From Schizochytrium sp. TIO01 (taxonomy: Eukaryota > Protista > Bigyra: Labyrinthulomycetes): 64,000 nucleotides of DNA. Numbering within the stretch: position 1 is the stretch's first letter; every line of letters starts with the position of its first letter. The translations under genes and the position numbers were made by a program. Below, piece by piece: positions 1-12,215 of this stretch. The DNA is taken from contig SMSO01000032.1 in NCBI GenBank assembly GCA_004764695.1, positions 4,124,483 through 4,188,482 on the forward strand, read 5' to 3'. The notes beneath the pieces were generated by a model. The model was given only the letters and a program-made list of their open reading frames with translations. It was not told the DNA's origin and made no database searches.

Positions 1-455
1 AATTCAGAAACCCTTCAACAAAACAAAAACTACAGTCAAATTAGCTACTACTCTTCCCCTACTTAAAAAAATACAAAAACCCAAACACCATGATGCGTAA
101 GATTTTCACTTCTTTGCACTCGCAATATCAAATCGATTTAGCAATAACTTTTCAATAAACGAATTCAAAAGCACTTGCTCCTAGTTTTGACACAAACGGA
201 ATATATTAGTTTCACATGCTAAGTTGCGAAAACAGCTCTAGCTAGATACTGATGTAGCCTTAGTTGGCAAAGAAATTTTTTAATCTGATAAAAGAATAAT
301 ATATATACCATGCTGATTATAAAACGAGAAAAGGCTTGGCAAGTGCCACAGCAACCAATAGCAATCAAAACTCAACTAAGCAACAAGACTGCATGGAATG
401 ATTCTCCACTAGGCCAGAGCATTTGGGGGTAAGGGAGTATTCATTGTATCAATCA

Positions 456-902
456 ATGGAAAAATCCAACCTCGGTACGCAAGCTCAATCGACTTCGCTG
501 AAGCGATTGCGACAGGAGCAAGAAAGCGAGCCTCATGCCACCGTGAAACCGGAGAACACTACCTGTGAGAAGCCTCTGGAGCCTAAGTTGGTTCTTGATA
601 CCAGCCCCCCGTCGTCTTCTAGTCGCTCAAACGATATAGGTTCTGGGTCATATCATTATGAGGACCAAGACAGTCAATATAAAAGAGACGAAACTAGGCC
701 CTTAGAAGCACCCGTCCCAGTCGTCGATCAACTTTTAAATGCATCCCGGGAACCACATTTGAAGTCCCGGATTGATTCCCTATACAAATTGGGAGATTTT
801 ATGTATGAGTCAAGTGCGCTCTCCACTGGAACAATGTCTTTGCGGAAAACAGTGACTCTGCAATCTGCACGACCAGATCCTGTACCAAAAACCCATGGCT
901 AA
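456..902 (+). CDS. Hypothetical low-complexity protein (may be non-coding)
   Basis: ORF from ATG at 456; S/E/P-rich and hydrophilic with no recognisable domain. Confidence 0.2.
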   Translation: MEKSNLGTQAQSTSLKRLRQEQESEPHATVKPENTTCEKPLEPKLVLDTSPPSSSSRSNDIGSGSYHYEDQDSQYKRDETRPLEAPVPVVDQLLNASREPHLKSRIDSLYKLGDFMYESSALSTGTMSLRKTVTLQSARPDPVPKTHG

Positions 903-1721
903 GAGCGAATTTAGTTTAGCCCCTCCTCCAGGAGCTTCCATGTTCTTCAAGAGCTTTTATTGAACATATGCAAATGGCTCTCTCTTGAAAGATTCTGTTA
1001 TTTATAAGTGGTAAACGATCTTGAACCAGTTGAAGCGATCCTTCTAAAAGCCTTTTTATATTAGATTCATAGAGTGAACAAGAACCATTGAAAAGAGTGA
1101 TGCATGCACTGAGCATAGAGACTGCGGCTCCGGGATGCACATAAAAAGAAGACATGCATAAAAAGACGAAGCCGAGACAATGAAAAGGATTTTTGAATCA
1201 AGTGCTCAATCTGTAAACGCAACGATTAGCAGAAATCTGAAGCACCCAACTTGACTGATTGAGGCCCTATATTGCAATTCAACAGTAATGAAAGTCTGGT
1301 AGGTAATCGAATACCAAGCACACGAAAGAGCAAATGTGATAACAAATCAAGGCATAAGCAGACAAAAAAACGGAAAAGAATGTGAACAGTGGCGTTTTCA
1401 TTTGCAGTCGAAACAACGTGTAGAGGGTTCGAACGAGCAAGCCTATTCAAAGAAAATTAGGAAAAGAGGAAGATGAGACAGGTCAGAACGAAGGATTGGT
1501 GATCTTGAGAAGGAGAGAGAGAGGGTAGGTACTAGGATCTTTTTTTGTTTTTTTCATTTTCTCTTTTCTTTTTCTTTTTGATTTGAGGGGAAGTTTGGTG
1601 TTGTTTGGAATGAGATCATGATAGCTGAGGCATGAGTAGATATGTAGGTGTATGTATTGGAAGGAGGTAAGTTGGTTTCACAAGGAGGATAACAGTATAT
1701 AGACATAACTGTCACTCGTCA

Positions 1722-2330
1722 TTAACAGCAGCCAGACTCAACAGCCTTACCGTCAAGCTGGGTCACGTTCGCGGGCTGGTTGCCACCGTTGCCGATGGGC
1801 TGGCTAGCCATGCGCTGCTTGATCTGGCTCGCCATGACCATGAAGGCCTTTTCGACGTTGGTAGAGTTCTTGGCACTGGTCTCGAGGAACTCCATCTCAA
1901 CAGAATCGGCAAACTCCTTGGCAGCCTCGTAGGAGACAACGCGCTTGTTGGTGAGATCGCTCTTGTTACCGACAAGAAGTGTGTTAACCTTGTCTGCAGC
2001 ATAGCGATCAATCTCCTGAAGCCAAGTCTTGACATTGTCAAAGGACTCCTGATCCGTCACATCGTACACAATGATAATACCATGGGCTCCGCGGTAGTAA
2101 CTGCTGGTAATGGTGCGGAAGCGCTCCTGGCCGGCGGTATCCCAGATCTGAAGCTTAATGGTCTTACCGTCCATCTCAATGGTGCGGATCTTGAAATCAA
2201 CACCAATGGTAGAAATGTAACTTTCCGTGTAGGTGTCATCAGCAAATCGCAAAAGCAAACAGGACTTACCTACACCGGAGTCACCAATGAGGAGAAGCTT
2301 AAAAAGGTAGTCATACTCAGGGTGGTTCAT
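1722..2330 (-). CDS. RAB1: Rab1/Ypt1 small GTPase
   Basis: [24 protein letters not shown]-loop, effector loop [29 protein letters not shown] and C-terminal CC prenylation motif. The real ATG is at 2330; the ORF track starts at an upstream TTG. Confidence 0.98.
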   Translation of the reverse strand: MNHPEYDYLFKLLLIGDSGVGKSCLLLRFADDTYTESYISTIGVDFKIRTIEMDGKTIKLQIWDTAGQERFRTITSSYYRGAHGIIIVYDVTDQESFDNVKTWLQEIDRYAADKVNTLLVGNKSDLTNKRVVSYEAAKEFADSVEMEFLETSAKNSTNVEKAFMVMASQIKQRMASQPIGNGGNQPANVTQLDGKAVESGCC

Positions 2331-3912
2331 CTTTCCGACGAGAGTGAGTAGTACAGGGCTATTCAAAGGTGAAAGTTTTTACTGCAAAAAGAGTGCAACG
2401 AGGCTCCTGCTCACGATGCAACAACAAAGGTACAGAGATAATCACAAAGAGTAATCGATCGATGCTAAAAAATTCGCATTGACACATAGAAGCCACGTGA
2501 ATATTATGCAAGAAAAAGCACAGCAGAAGAGCAGGCAAGTTAGTTTTTATTCCTTTTTTGTCCATCGGGAAACCGAATAGCATCATTTATAGTCTCTCCC
2601 CCCCCTCCCTCCCCTTCCTTCATCTCTCTCTCAATATTGATTATAAAAATCCCTACCTGAATCACTCAACGCATGGGCGGCTTTTACTCTGCGAAAGTTG
2701 ACATCTTTGTTTGGTACAAAAAAGACACAGAAGGAGTACTTGTCTCAGGAATGCTCATGCAAGACGAAAGACGAAATCTAGCACAGATGATTTCGAATGA
2801 AAGTAGATATGTCAGAGTAATCTTCCAGCGCGCGTGACTCATGCGCGCCTACGGATTGTGGGGTTCGATTTTATTCCAATGACACAGTTCCCAACATCCA
2901 TTCGAATCATGTCCTGATAACATCTCAGGTCTCACCAGTCAAAAGATTCCAACTAAGCTATCATCCTAAGTATGTGTTATTTTCTTCTTTTTCTCCTGCT
3001 GCAAATTGTTATACAGAAGGGAAGTTAATTGTCTACCCTGTTCGCTAGGACAGTCCCAACTGAGGTGGAGATTGCTTTACTACAGTTAAGGTGATGGACA
3101 TAGATTTCATCACCACAGTAAGAGGATTATGAATGCATTGTCTGCAATCGCTCCATCCCATTCGTTAACAGATACTGGTCCTCCTCCGAGGCATAACCAC
3201 CACCAGCAGCAGCAGCAGCAGTAGAGGAATAAGAAGCCGTACCCAACTCGTAACTGTAAGAAAATCAACTGCGTAGGAAAGAAAAGCACGCTCATCAACT
3301 ACTCTGCTCTTAATCTGATTGCTGACACCACATGATTCCTGAAAATCTATACACCAACAGCGAAAGCCACAATAACCACGCACGGCAAGCATCAAATATG
3401 TCAACTCCACACCGCAAGCAAAGCAATTCAGTCCGGAGCAGAGTTAAAAAAGAAAGAAAGCGAGGAACAGAAAAGGAAGAAGAACAAAAGAACACACATA
3501 GAAAAAAAGGCAGAAAAGTAATAAAAAGAAAACATCCACAGAGAACATAGAGAAAAAACTAAACAAATAGTTCTTCTGCCTTTTCCGGAGCCAGCTGGCG
3601 TGGCGCTGGGAGGCCTTTTCCATGCTCGCGAGCGTCTCTGCCAGGTTTCGCGAGGCCCTTGCCGCCGTCTCCCCATCCTGTCCTCTCAGCCCAGCCTCTC
3701 CCTGCCGGCTATCTCTCCTTCAAACAGTGTCTGCGAGGCGAGTCTGAGCTGCTACACATGGTGTCTCTGGAGCTCTTTCTCCTTTTCTCCTCTTTTCCGC
3801 CATCATCATCCACGCACCAGCATCGGCCAGCGGCCCGCCAGCCAGCCAGCCAGCCCGTCCTTCCACCCGCCGGCACCCGCCGGCGCCCTGCCTTCGGAGG
3901 CCCGCGACGTAC
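2331..3912 (-). other. Putative long 5'-UTR intron of RAB1
   Basis: On the minus strand AAG|GTACGT at 3913/3912 lies in a GC-rich block, and a TACTCAC branch-like site followed by AAG lies immediately before the ATG. An alternative donor CAG|GTAGGG is near 2656. Confidence 0.3.
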
Positions 3913-4319
3913 CTTGGTCCTGCGCGCTTCGGTCTGCGTCGGCGGTTGCGTCGGCGACGAGCAAGAGAAGCGGCGATTGAGGTTTGTTCTTTCTCTCTCT
4001 TTTCTCCCTTTCTCTCTCTCTTTCTCCTCTGTCTCTCATTATCCCATACGACTCTCTCTATCATCGTATTTTGACCTCCAAACCGCTCAACCTGCATACA
4101 AGTTCTTTTCCCACCCTCCTCCCGGGGCCTATTCCCCCACGCTCCAGCAGGGCCCACGCTAAACTAGTATCGTGCGGATAACCGCACACTGATGCTCAGG
4201 CCGCTAGCCGCCTATCTAGTCCATACCGTAGGACCGATGATACGATGCTTAGCAGAGAGATGCATGCCCATATCTTTCTTCTTTGTCGTCGCTTCCTTAC
4301 AATTACTAAGGATGGGCTT

Positions 4320-4349
4320 TTCTTCTTTTCCTTCTTTCTTTCTTTCTTT

Positions 4350-4381
<32 letters not shown>

Positions 4382-4400
4382 TGTTTATTTGTTTGTTTAT
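4320..4400. repeat. (TTTC)n/(TTTG)n microsatellite
   Basis: Tandem ttctttctttc runs seen directly. Confidence 0.9.
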
Positions 4401-6639
4401 TGTTTGTTCACTTATTTGTATCATTGTGGGGAAAAAGAACACCGAGGCAGTATTTTAATGGGCGTATTTTATTGCGCCCTCCTCTGCTGCTGCTGCTGCT
4501 GCTGCAGCTTCTTCTGCCTGGCGGAGAGGATGGGGGCTGCCTCGCAGACGGCCCCGCGCCTGGTCTTGGTGGCCCGAATTGGATCCCGCCGGCCAGAGGA
4601 GCGCTGAGGAGCGCAGGCTCGCGGCGCTTCTTGAGGGATACTTCTTCTCTGCTGTTTTTGTTTGTTTTGTTTTGTTTTTCTACATCTCTCTATCTGCTAC
4701 GGCATTTCCCTTTTCTTTCAATTAGTAAAGCAAAGTTTTTATTTATTTATTTCAATATTGCATATCATATCACACTATCATGGGATATGATGATAACTTA
4801 ACTTTTAGGATGGTCCTATGTACGTATGAATTCTGTCATAGTTCGATGATGGTGATATACGATTTAGAGGCACCTACCGATTTTCATCTTTTCTTCTTTA
4901 TTCTTTATAGTTTTCTATTTTTAGTATATAGGACCTACCGTGAGAGTCCTTTACCCGGAAATACACGCCCAGGTAGACATTTATCTACAATAAAAATGAT
5001 ATAGCGAGTATATAAGCCTCCATGCTAAAAAAAAAGAAAAAACATTTTTATCTGAGGCTGTTTACATAACTGTGCTGTCTGTCGCCTTTCTATCTCGTAT
5101 CGGCTATTCGACCTTTAGCCAACCCTCTTAGGTGCCCAGGTAGTACTCCCCTAGTGCGGCAATGCAGCATACTCGTATATGTTGTACTGTAGGTATGAGA
5201 CCCATAGTGTTCTTTTAGGGCCGTTCTGCGACGTTTTTAGCATATTGGGTCTGACTACGTTCTACTCTCCATGCGACCCTGTGCACATGACAAATCATCG
5301 CTTTGAACGCTTGGTGCTTCAATAAGATCGAAACAAGCCCTATAGCAGAGGGAGGGCGACAATGTTTCCAAGAGATAATAGCGAAAGAACTCTGGAATTT
5401 CATCACTCTCTTCAGTCCACGTTCTATCGCTTGAGAGCGTCAGAGTCATATTGTCTGTCTGCAAATGACGTGGAGTCACTCCGATTAATGCCAATGGAGC
5501 AGCTCTGAGGTTCAATTAATGCAAATGCAGCGAGGTCCCAAGTGCGTTCGAGGGTTATTGTGGCAGAGAAGAGTTTGGGTTGATCTGTTGCATTTCTTCA
5601 ATTCATTCATTCATTCATTCATTCATTCGTCGCCTCGTGTTTGATTGGGGCAACGTGGTCCGACAGAAGGGACGCTCTCGGAACCGGAACGGAACTGTCA
5701 GCTCACGCACTTTAAGGAGGAGCAAACGATAAGTAAAAAAGCGACCAGATCTCACGCCAGTTCTGCAATGACGTGTACGCCTGAAGCGATTCGAGGAACC
5801 AACCCTCCGGTTCGAGGGCATTTGGAGAGGCTTGGGGAGATTTACGTTTAAGCCAAATTGACCAAACGCTGGGCAGTCATGGGTTCCGAAGAAGGACTGT
5901 AAATGAACATGTTGAAGGGAGGTACTTCAGGTATGAAATTGAAAGGATGTCATGACTTTATATTGTTATTTATTGATTACGACTCGAATAATTAGTTCTT
6001 TACTTTAACTTTCAACTTTTTTCTTTCTTTATTAGTAAAACAAGTTAACATTCTGAAAGAATTAACTTTATTTAAAAGAAATGAAGAAGGGTGATAAACA
6101 TTTAAGGAAAAAAAAAAAAAAAAAAAAACTATATAAGGTCGGGACTCTTTCTAAGTTCAAGCTTGAAAAGGTTTAATTGAGATGAATAGAGATAATATGG
6201 GTACTGCTATTGGTTTTAAAAAATTAAGGCAAAAAAACAAACAAAAAAACTCTCTTCCTCCTGCTCCGTGAATGGAGACACTGACAATTGGTCTAGTGTA
6301 CCTAAAGTCATCTTCACTGGGAATAACGTTACTCTCAGAGATAAAAAATTAGGGTGGATGAACACGGGAAATATATATGATCAACACTGACAATATTGAG
6401 TCAATTGTAAAGCAGAGACATAAGAGGGCGAATACTTCAACATGATGTATAATATTGTGAGGAGGCTCCAGAATGGTTGTGACTGAAGCACACTGAGATA
6501 AGAACAGCTTTGCAGAGAGCAGTGGAGCGTGGAAGAACGTTGGATGTTGTCTCTCTTTAAGTTTCCCAAACAAAACAATGAAATAAACCAAGAACCTAAT
6601 AAATAAGCGTAGTACATTAAACCAGAACATTGCCTGGGC

Positions 6640-7330
6640 TTGCTCGTCAGTGGTCATATGAGCACGAATGACCTCTGGGGACAACTACAACCACGCCATG
6701 TCTTAGCGCAAGTTTATGGCGATGATAAGCGTCACTTTTAATGTTTCAATGCACGTTACCAGGCTCTGAGCTTCGTCAATCGATTCGTAGACTTCTTCTT
6801 TATTTGGCTTCACCTAGGTAGTACGTAAAGTACCTCTTGGGTCAGCTCCATTTTCAAGACAAATACACGAATATAAAGACAACTACGATTACAGCTTCAA
6901 ATGCATGCCTAAGCACGTTCTCAAGACACTGATCCTGAGCAAAAGCTGTGCATAGTCTGCGTGAAGGCTATTTACAGCCTGCAATCTTCACGCTTGAAGC
7001 CGAAGTCTCGATTTTGCTTTAGCAGGTCAGCCCCAAACTTGCCAGTGAGTGTAGAGGATTAGGGTGAGCTGCGTTCCAATTTACTAAATTACACAAGGAG
7101 TCCGTTCACACGCTCTTGAGATCTCGAACTGCTGGAATTGAGCTCCTTCCTGAGAGCAGCTCCATGAGCATTCAATATGGGGTGAACACGGCATTATAAA
7201 GCTTCTTGATAGTCGTCGTATGACTGGGAGCCAGGGGACTTAGATATCGTCATTGCTGGCTTCAACGAGTTGGTGCTCAACTTGGAGCACTTCTTCTTCA
7301 AGTTCGTCTTCTTCTTCCGGATGGCACATG
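6640..7330 (-). pseudogene. Possible decayed ankyrin-repeat gene
   Basis: Minus-strand fragments LNAHGAAL (~7153-7176), KFGADLLKQNRDFG (~7000-7043) and CLENGADP (~6838-6861) resemble ankyrin repeat C-terminal motifs, separated by stops and frameshifts. Confidence 0.25.
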
Positions 7331-9972
7331 AGGGCACTTTGATTCCAACTCGAGCTCCTGTGAGGTGGATGGACTTGCTTTCTTCCGCTGACGTGGACTT
7401 TTGCACGCTCCGGCACGAGCGAGCATCCACAAGCACCGCTGTGCCTGTGGACAGCCGCTGCAGACGTGGCCGACGTGTGGCTGAGGAGCCTCGGGGGGCA
7501 GGACGAACACGTGGCGTGGTGCTCTGGAGGCTAGGCCTGAAGCCACCTCCTGCCCACGCCTGGATCGAGGTTGCCACGTTTAGGAAACGTGCTTGAGGGG
7601 CATCGAGGTAGGTAGGAAAGGCTCATTCATCACTCAGCTTAAGATGCCTTGCTCTCGAGACAGCGCACCACGCGGATAGTACACGTACGTGGCCAGCTCA
7701 GCCGACTTGAAGGGCGTCGGGCAGAGAGCATGCATGAGCGAATAGTACAGTAGGAAGGTACACACTTTGATTGCGCTATGCATTTTCATTTCCGCGTGAG
7801 CTTAGCTTTCTTGCACTTGAGAATTGCTCTTCATCGTATTACTTGTGAAGGCCCGTTCACCTGAAGATGAGGGTGATCAACACAATTAATCGTTGCTGGT
7901 CAGGATTGCCTTTGGGCTGCGATGATTTTGATTGACCTGCGCAAGGATGTGGCTTCGTCGTGATACGTAGGTAGTAGGTAGCGTTGCGGGAAGGCTTGTT
8001 CAGTAAGCACTTTGGTGAAAGGCTTTTGAGTTTAGCAATTGTTAGTGGAGAAAACCTGAGACCTTCCTAACCTACCTAGCACGGTATTTTATTTTTTATT
8101 ATTTTTTATTTTATTTATTTGTTTGTTTCAAAAAATTAATTCTTAAAAGTACTACTAGTAATGAATTAAATTTTAATAAAATTAATATTTAGAAAAAAGC
8201 GAAAATCAAAAAGTTGAAATGCGCAACGCAAAGCTGTAGGGTGGAAGACTGTTCTTTGTGTTGCGATCAGGAGTAGTCTGCCTACCTAAAACTGGCTGGT
8301 CTGGTACCAGAGACGAAAATTGGAAAATATAGAAGGAAAATATAGAAGGTCGGGCAAGATAAAAGGGGTTTTAAGTGCCGAAGCACATGATTAATTTAAT
8401 TTTATACTTTGTAATTTGACGTCAAGTTTATTATATTTTCAACTTGAAGGAATACTAAATTGGTTTTATATTTGAGTTTTGTAGAGTGAATGACAACTTG
8501 CAGAACATATCTACCTACCTAGCTAGAGATACCTACTGCTTTAAATGGTACACCCAGCACCCAAAATGCTGAAGTAGTGCTCGCAGGTCACCTTCAGTAA
8601 TAGAATTACAGACCGTCCATAGTTTACGTACATCAACAAGGTCTGTACAGGTCCGGAGCCCTAAATGACTTCATTTATCATTTAATTCTCGAGGACCCCC
8701 TTTGCCCACTTGCTGCTAAATATAAAACAATCATTAAAAAATAAGTTTGGGAAGTGCCATTCCAAAATCCCACAAAGGACTTCAAAGAAACAAGTACTAC
8801 ACACTATTTCCCGCTTCGATCTTTTCATGCAATTCATCTAATAAACCAGTAGAAATTACCACCTAGAGCAACCTTTTACACGAAAACTTATAAAATTAAT
8901 CTGTTCTTGCCACTGACAAATGTTAGACTATCAAACCCGGCAAAACCAAATTGATGTTTTAGTACACCATCGCACATAGGGGAGAAAGCAAAAATCCGTA
9001 AAGAGGTACATTGCACGCAGCAGGCACAAGCTCACGGCTTGACCATGCATTCAAGACAAGGATAGAATCTGCTAAAATACCGGATCAACGCATAGGACTC
9101 CATTATAACAACCGTCCATAACTCATAAGTTCGTAGCATCACGATTCATTGCATAATTCATTTGTATGAATGTATGATACGCAATCATATTATACTTCGA
9201 TTTTACGGGAGTGTCACAGCCCAGGTGATAAGTTTTATAACCTTCAGTGTCGCACGTCAAGCTTTCTGGAGGTGTTCATTTTAAATCCTCTGATTACTTC
9301 CAACACATGAGGAGACAATCCAGTAATTTAGATAGTATGTCGCGCTTAATCCAAAGAGCTCAGTGCTTATTAAGGATACACAGTAGTGAAGCAAGGTATG
9401 CTTATTTTAGCACTCATAAGCATCCCCCCGCACCCCGTGCCCAGAAAGAAGAGAGGAATAGCCAACTTCAACAATTCCAGTGCTCTGTACAATTCCCTTA
9501 ACATTGTTTTGCAACTTTCCTAATTTACCAAGATTAACCTGTACAACTCTGGACAAGTCTCACAAATCACAAGCAAGTTTGGCCACGCCTCGACGTTAAA
9601 CTTGACACTCTGACAACAAATTTAAAACCACCAGCATACACGTAAGCCACACCGTACCACCCCATATCATATCTCCTGATTTTTGCAAGTCATCAAGTAC
9701 GCATACATGTCGTTCTTATATTACCTCTCCTACTGGAATTACCTCCATCCCAGCAGATTCTTACTTAGGTTGCCCTTTCTTTTCTCTGCAGCTTTTTTTG
9801 CTGCATAGCCTCCTGCAGTGAGCGATCAAGTTGCATCCTCCAAATTCCGACTTTAATTTCAACTTCTTCAATCTCAATCTTTTGATCGCCTCGAAACTAA
9901 ATCCCAAAGCGCGAGTGAAGCAGATCAAGGGAAATGGGAGTGCCTCAAAGTGTCATAATCATCGTTTTGTTT

Positions 9973-10509
9973 TTACCAGATTTCGTAGTCCTTGTTCTTC
10001 TTGCCCTCGTCCTTCTTGAGCAAATAGTTGTTGAACGGGAAGCAGAAAGGGCACAGGTGGTGCGGCAGGTGCTTCTCGCCGCAGGTGGCGCAGGTGGCAA
10101 AAGCCGCCGTGCGTTTGACGTATTTGTTGTGCTGCCGGATGCGCTTCTTGCTGCGTGTTACACGGTGCTTGGGCACGGCGAAGAGGATGCCGTCTTGCCA
10201 AAGGCTCTCGAGAGCGGCGACGGCATCAGCGGCGGCGCGCTCGGCGCGGGCGGCAATTCCGGCAATGCCAGCGGCATCAGAAGACTGGGGCTGGGCCGGT
10301 GCAGAGGTAATACCCTCGAAGCCAAGGCTCAGGCGGTCGAGGCCGTCGTGCTCGCGGCCAGGCGCCACGGACTCCATGGAGGCCCACAGGCGCTCGCGGG
10401 CAGCATGGAGAGCAGGGAAGGCGCTGCTGGGGGGCACGCAGGCGCTGAGGCGCTTCTGGCGCAGAGCGTAGCGCTGGGCCACAGCCGCGGCGCGCGAGAG
10501 CTTATCCAT
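9973..10509 (-). CDS. MRPL32: Mitochondrial ribosomal protein bL32m precursor
   Basis: FAVPKHRVTRSKKRIR followed by a CATC...HHLCPFC zinc site, preceded by a long Arg/Ala-rich presequence as is typical of bL32m. An in-frame TAA four codons upstream fixes the start. Confidence 0.9.
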   Translation of the reverse strand: MDKLSRAAAVAQRYALRQKRLSACVPPSSAFPALHAARERLWASMESVAPGREHDGLDRLSLGFEGITSAPAQPQSSDAAGIAGIAARAERAAADAVAALESLWQDGILFAVPKHRVTRSKKRIRQHNKYVKRTAAFATCATCGEKHLPHHLCPFCFPFNNYLLKKDEGKKNKDYEIW

Positions 10510-11091
10510 GGCGAGTGCTTAAGGCGCGTCGAAGCAGAGTTTGTTTGCAATCTGAAGGTTTTCTCTCTCCCTTATTTCCCCCTATATTCCATATAAGCTC
10601 CAGCAGCTCCAAGACTTCTCGCAAGACGCCAAGCCTCTCCGCCGCCGCAACCTCCACCTGCCAGCAGGGACCGTGCTCCGCAACTAGGACATGCTGAGGC
10701 TCTGAACAGCGACTCCCCAACGGGAAAGACAGAGGCCGCGCCGAGACAGACAGACCGCAGCTGCTCCAGAGCGAGCACTCCCTTTCCTCCCTCCTTTTCT
10801 CTCTCTCTGTCTCTCTCTTTCTCCTGCGCAGCACCGCCGTTCGTGGCTGTGCCCTCGCCGCGGTGTGCATTGGGTCCCCGCAAAAGGTGTGCGCAGTAGT
10901 AGAATTGGTAGGTGTGCACTGCGACGGGGTCCCCGCTAGAGCGTGGAGTGGATTGTCATGATGGCGATGATGGTGATGTTGAAGCATTTTCTGAATGGAC
11001 GACCTGTATAGGAGAAGATTTGGAAGAGAGCGAGGCTAGGGGGAGATCATAGAAAGGTTACGGTGTGGGAAGGGCGTAAAGAAGGAAAGCG

Positions 11092-11942
11092 ATGGAGAAT
11101 GAGGATGAGCAAGAACAGATGAAAATGGGTACCAAGGAAGCCTTGGTGCTGGAATTGAATGAACAGCCGCCTGAGAGAGGAAAAAGCTCGTCACGGTCGA
11201 CAATAACGACGCAGAGTAGCATTGTAAACGATACAGAAGAACCTCCTAAAGATGCGAAAATTATTGAAGAGGAGAAACGCGCCAGGAGGCTTGAGATCGT
11301 TCGTAAAAACAGGAATCCGCGAGACCATATGTATACCATACGTACGAAGAACTCCATTGTGTACCACGGTACCTGCTTGAATCGCATACCACATGGGTTT
11401 GGCCGCAAGGTACGTCAAGGCGTCCAGCCTTACTGGGTTGCTCTGAGTCTGACTTTTACGCTTCAATTGGGATCACTGACAGAAGTGGCTACATAACACA
11501 GTCATTTGCGAATGGGAACTATTACGAGGGCGACTGGAAAATGGGTAAACGACATGGTTCTGGTATACATGTGAATGTGCACCGATGCACTCGCTACGAA
11601 GGTGAGTGGAGACACGGCCTGCGTGATGGAAATGGCACATCGAGGCGAACAATGCTTGGAAACTGGGTCGAGTTTGCAGGATGGTACACTCAAAATAAAA
11701 AAAATGGCCCAGGTATTCTACGTTGGTCGCATGGCAGAACTTTAAAAGGCGTGTGGCGGGCCGGAGAGCTTGTTGACATCGAATTGGACCAGTTTAACCG
11801 CGACGAGTGCGCTGGATGTATCAAGCGCGAGGAAATGTCGATCGATTTTACAAAATTGCAGCTTGACGCCCAAAGTGTCTCCATGATGCTTACTGACGAT
11901 GACGACGATGACACAGACGAGTCATCAAGCTATTATCGCTGA
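11092..11942 (+). CDS. MORN-repeat protein (exons 11092-11409, 11502-11942)
   Basis: Intron GTACGT...CACTGAC...CAG joins PHGFGRK|SFANGNYYEGDWKMGKRHGSG in frame. MORN motifs YEGEWRHGLRDGNG and FAGWYTQNKKNGPG follow. Confidence 0.85.
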
Positions 11943-12215
11943 CTTTCAATGCGATGACGCTAGATGCCACTTCGATCCATCAAATCTAAAATGAGGACCT
12001 TGCTGCCCTAATTGAACAAAAGTAACAAGAAAAAGAATGATTGACTCCTATAGTTTAAAGTATTGTAATATTGTATTATGGAACCACTGGACCTCTGGCT
12101 GCCTAAATGCAATCAGCAGCGAAACACGAACCCACGATTAAAACCTAGTCGACGGGGGTTAGCTCCCGCGTCGAGGCCCACGCAGCAGGCCTGTGGCGCT
12201 TCTCTATTCCTCACG

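Noticed and set aside
2830-2880. GGTTCGA T-loop-like words (also near 1426 and 5809)
   Set aside because: No cloverleaf stems could be formed, so no tRNA is called.
3110-4801. Many overlapping ORFs upstream of RAB1
   Set aside because: They arise from microsatellites and a GC-rich promoter/UTR block and contain no domain-like sequence.
9934-10596. 220-aa plus-strand ORF, and similar antisense ORFs over RPT2, RPS12, TRM112 and the RRM gene
   Set aside because: These are antisense shadows of codon-biased genes.
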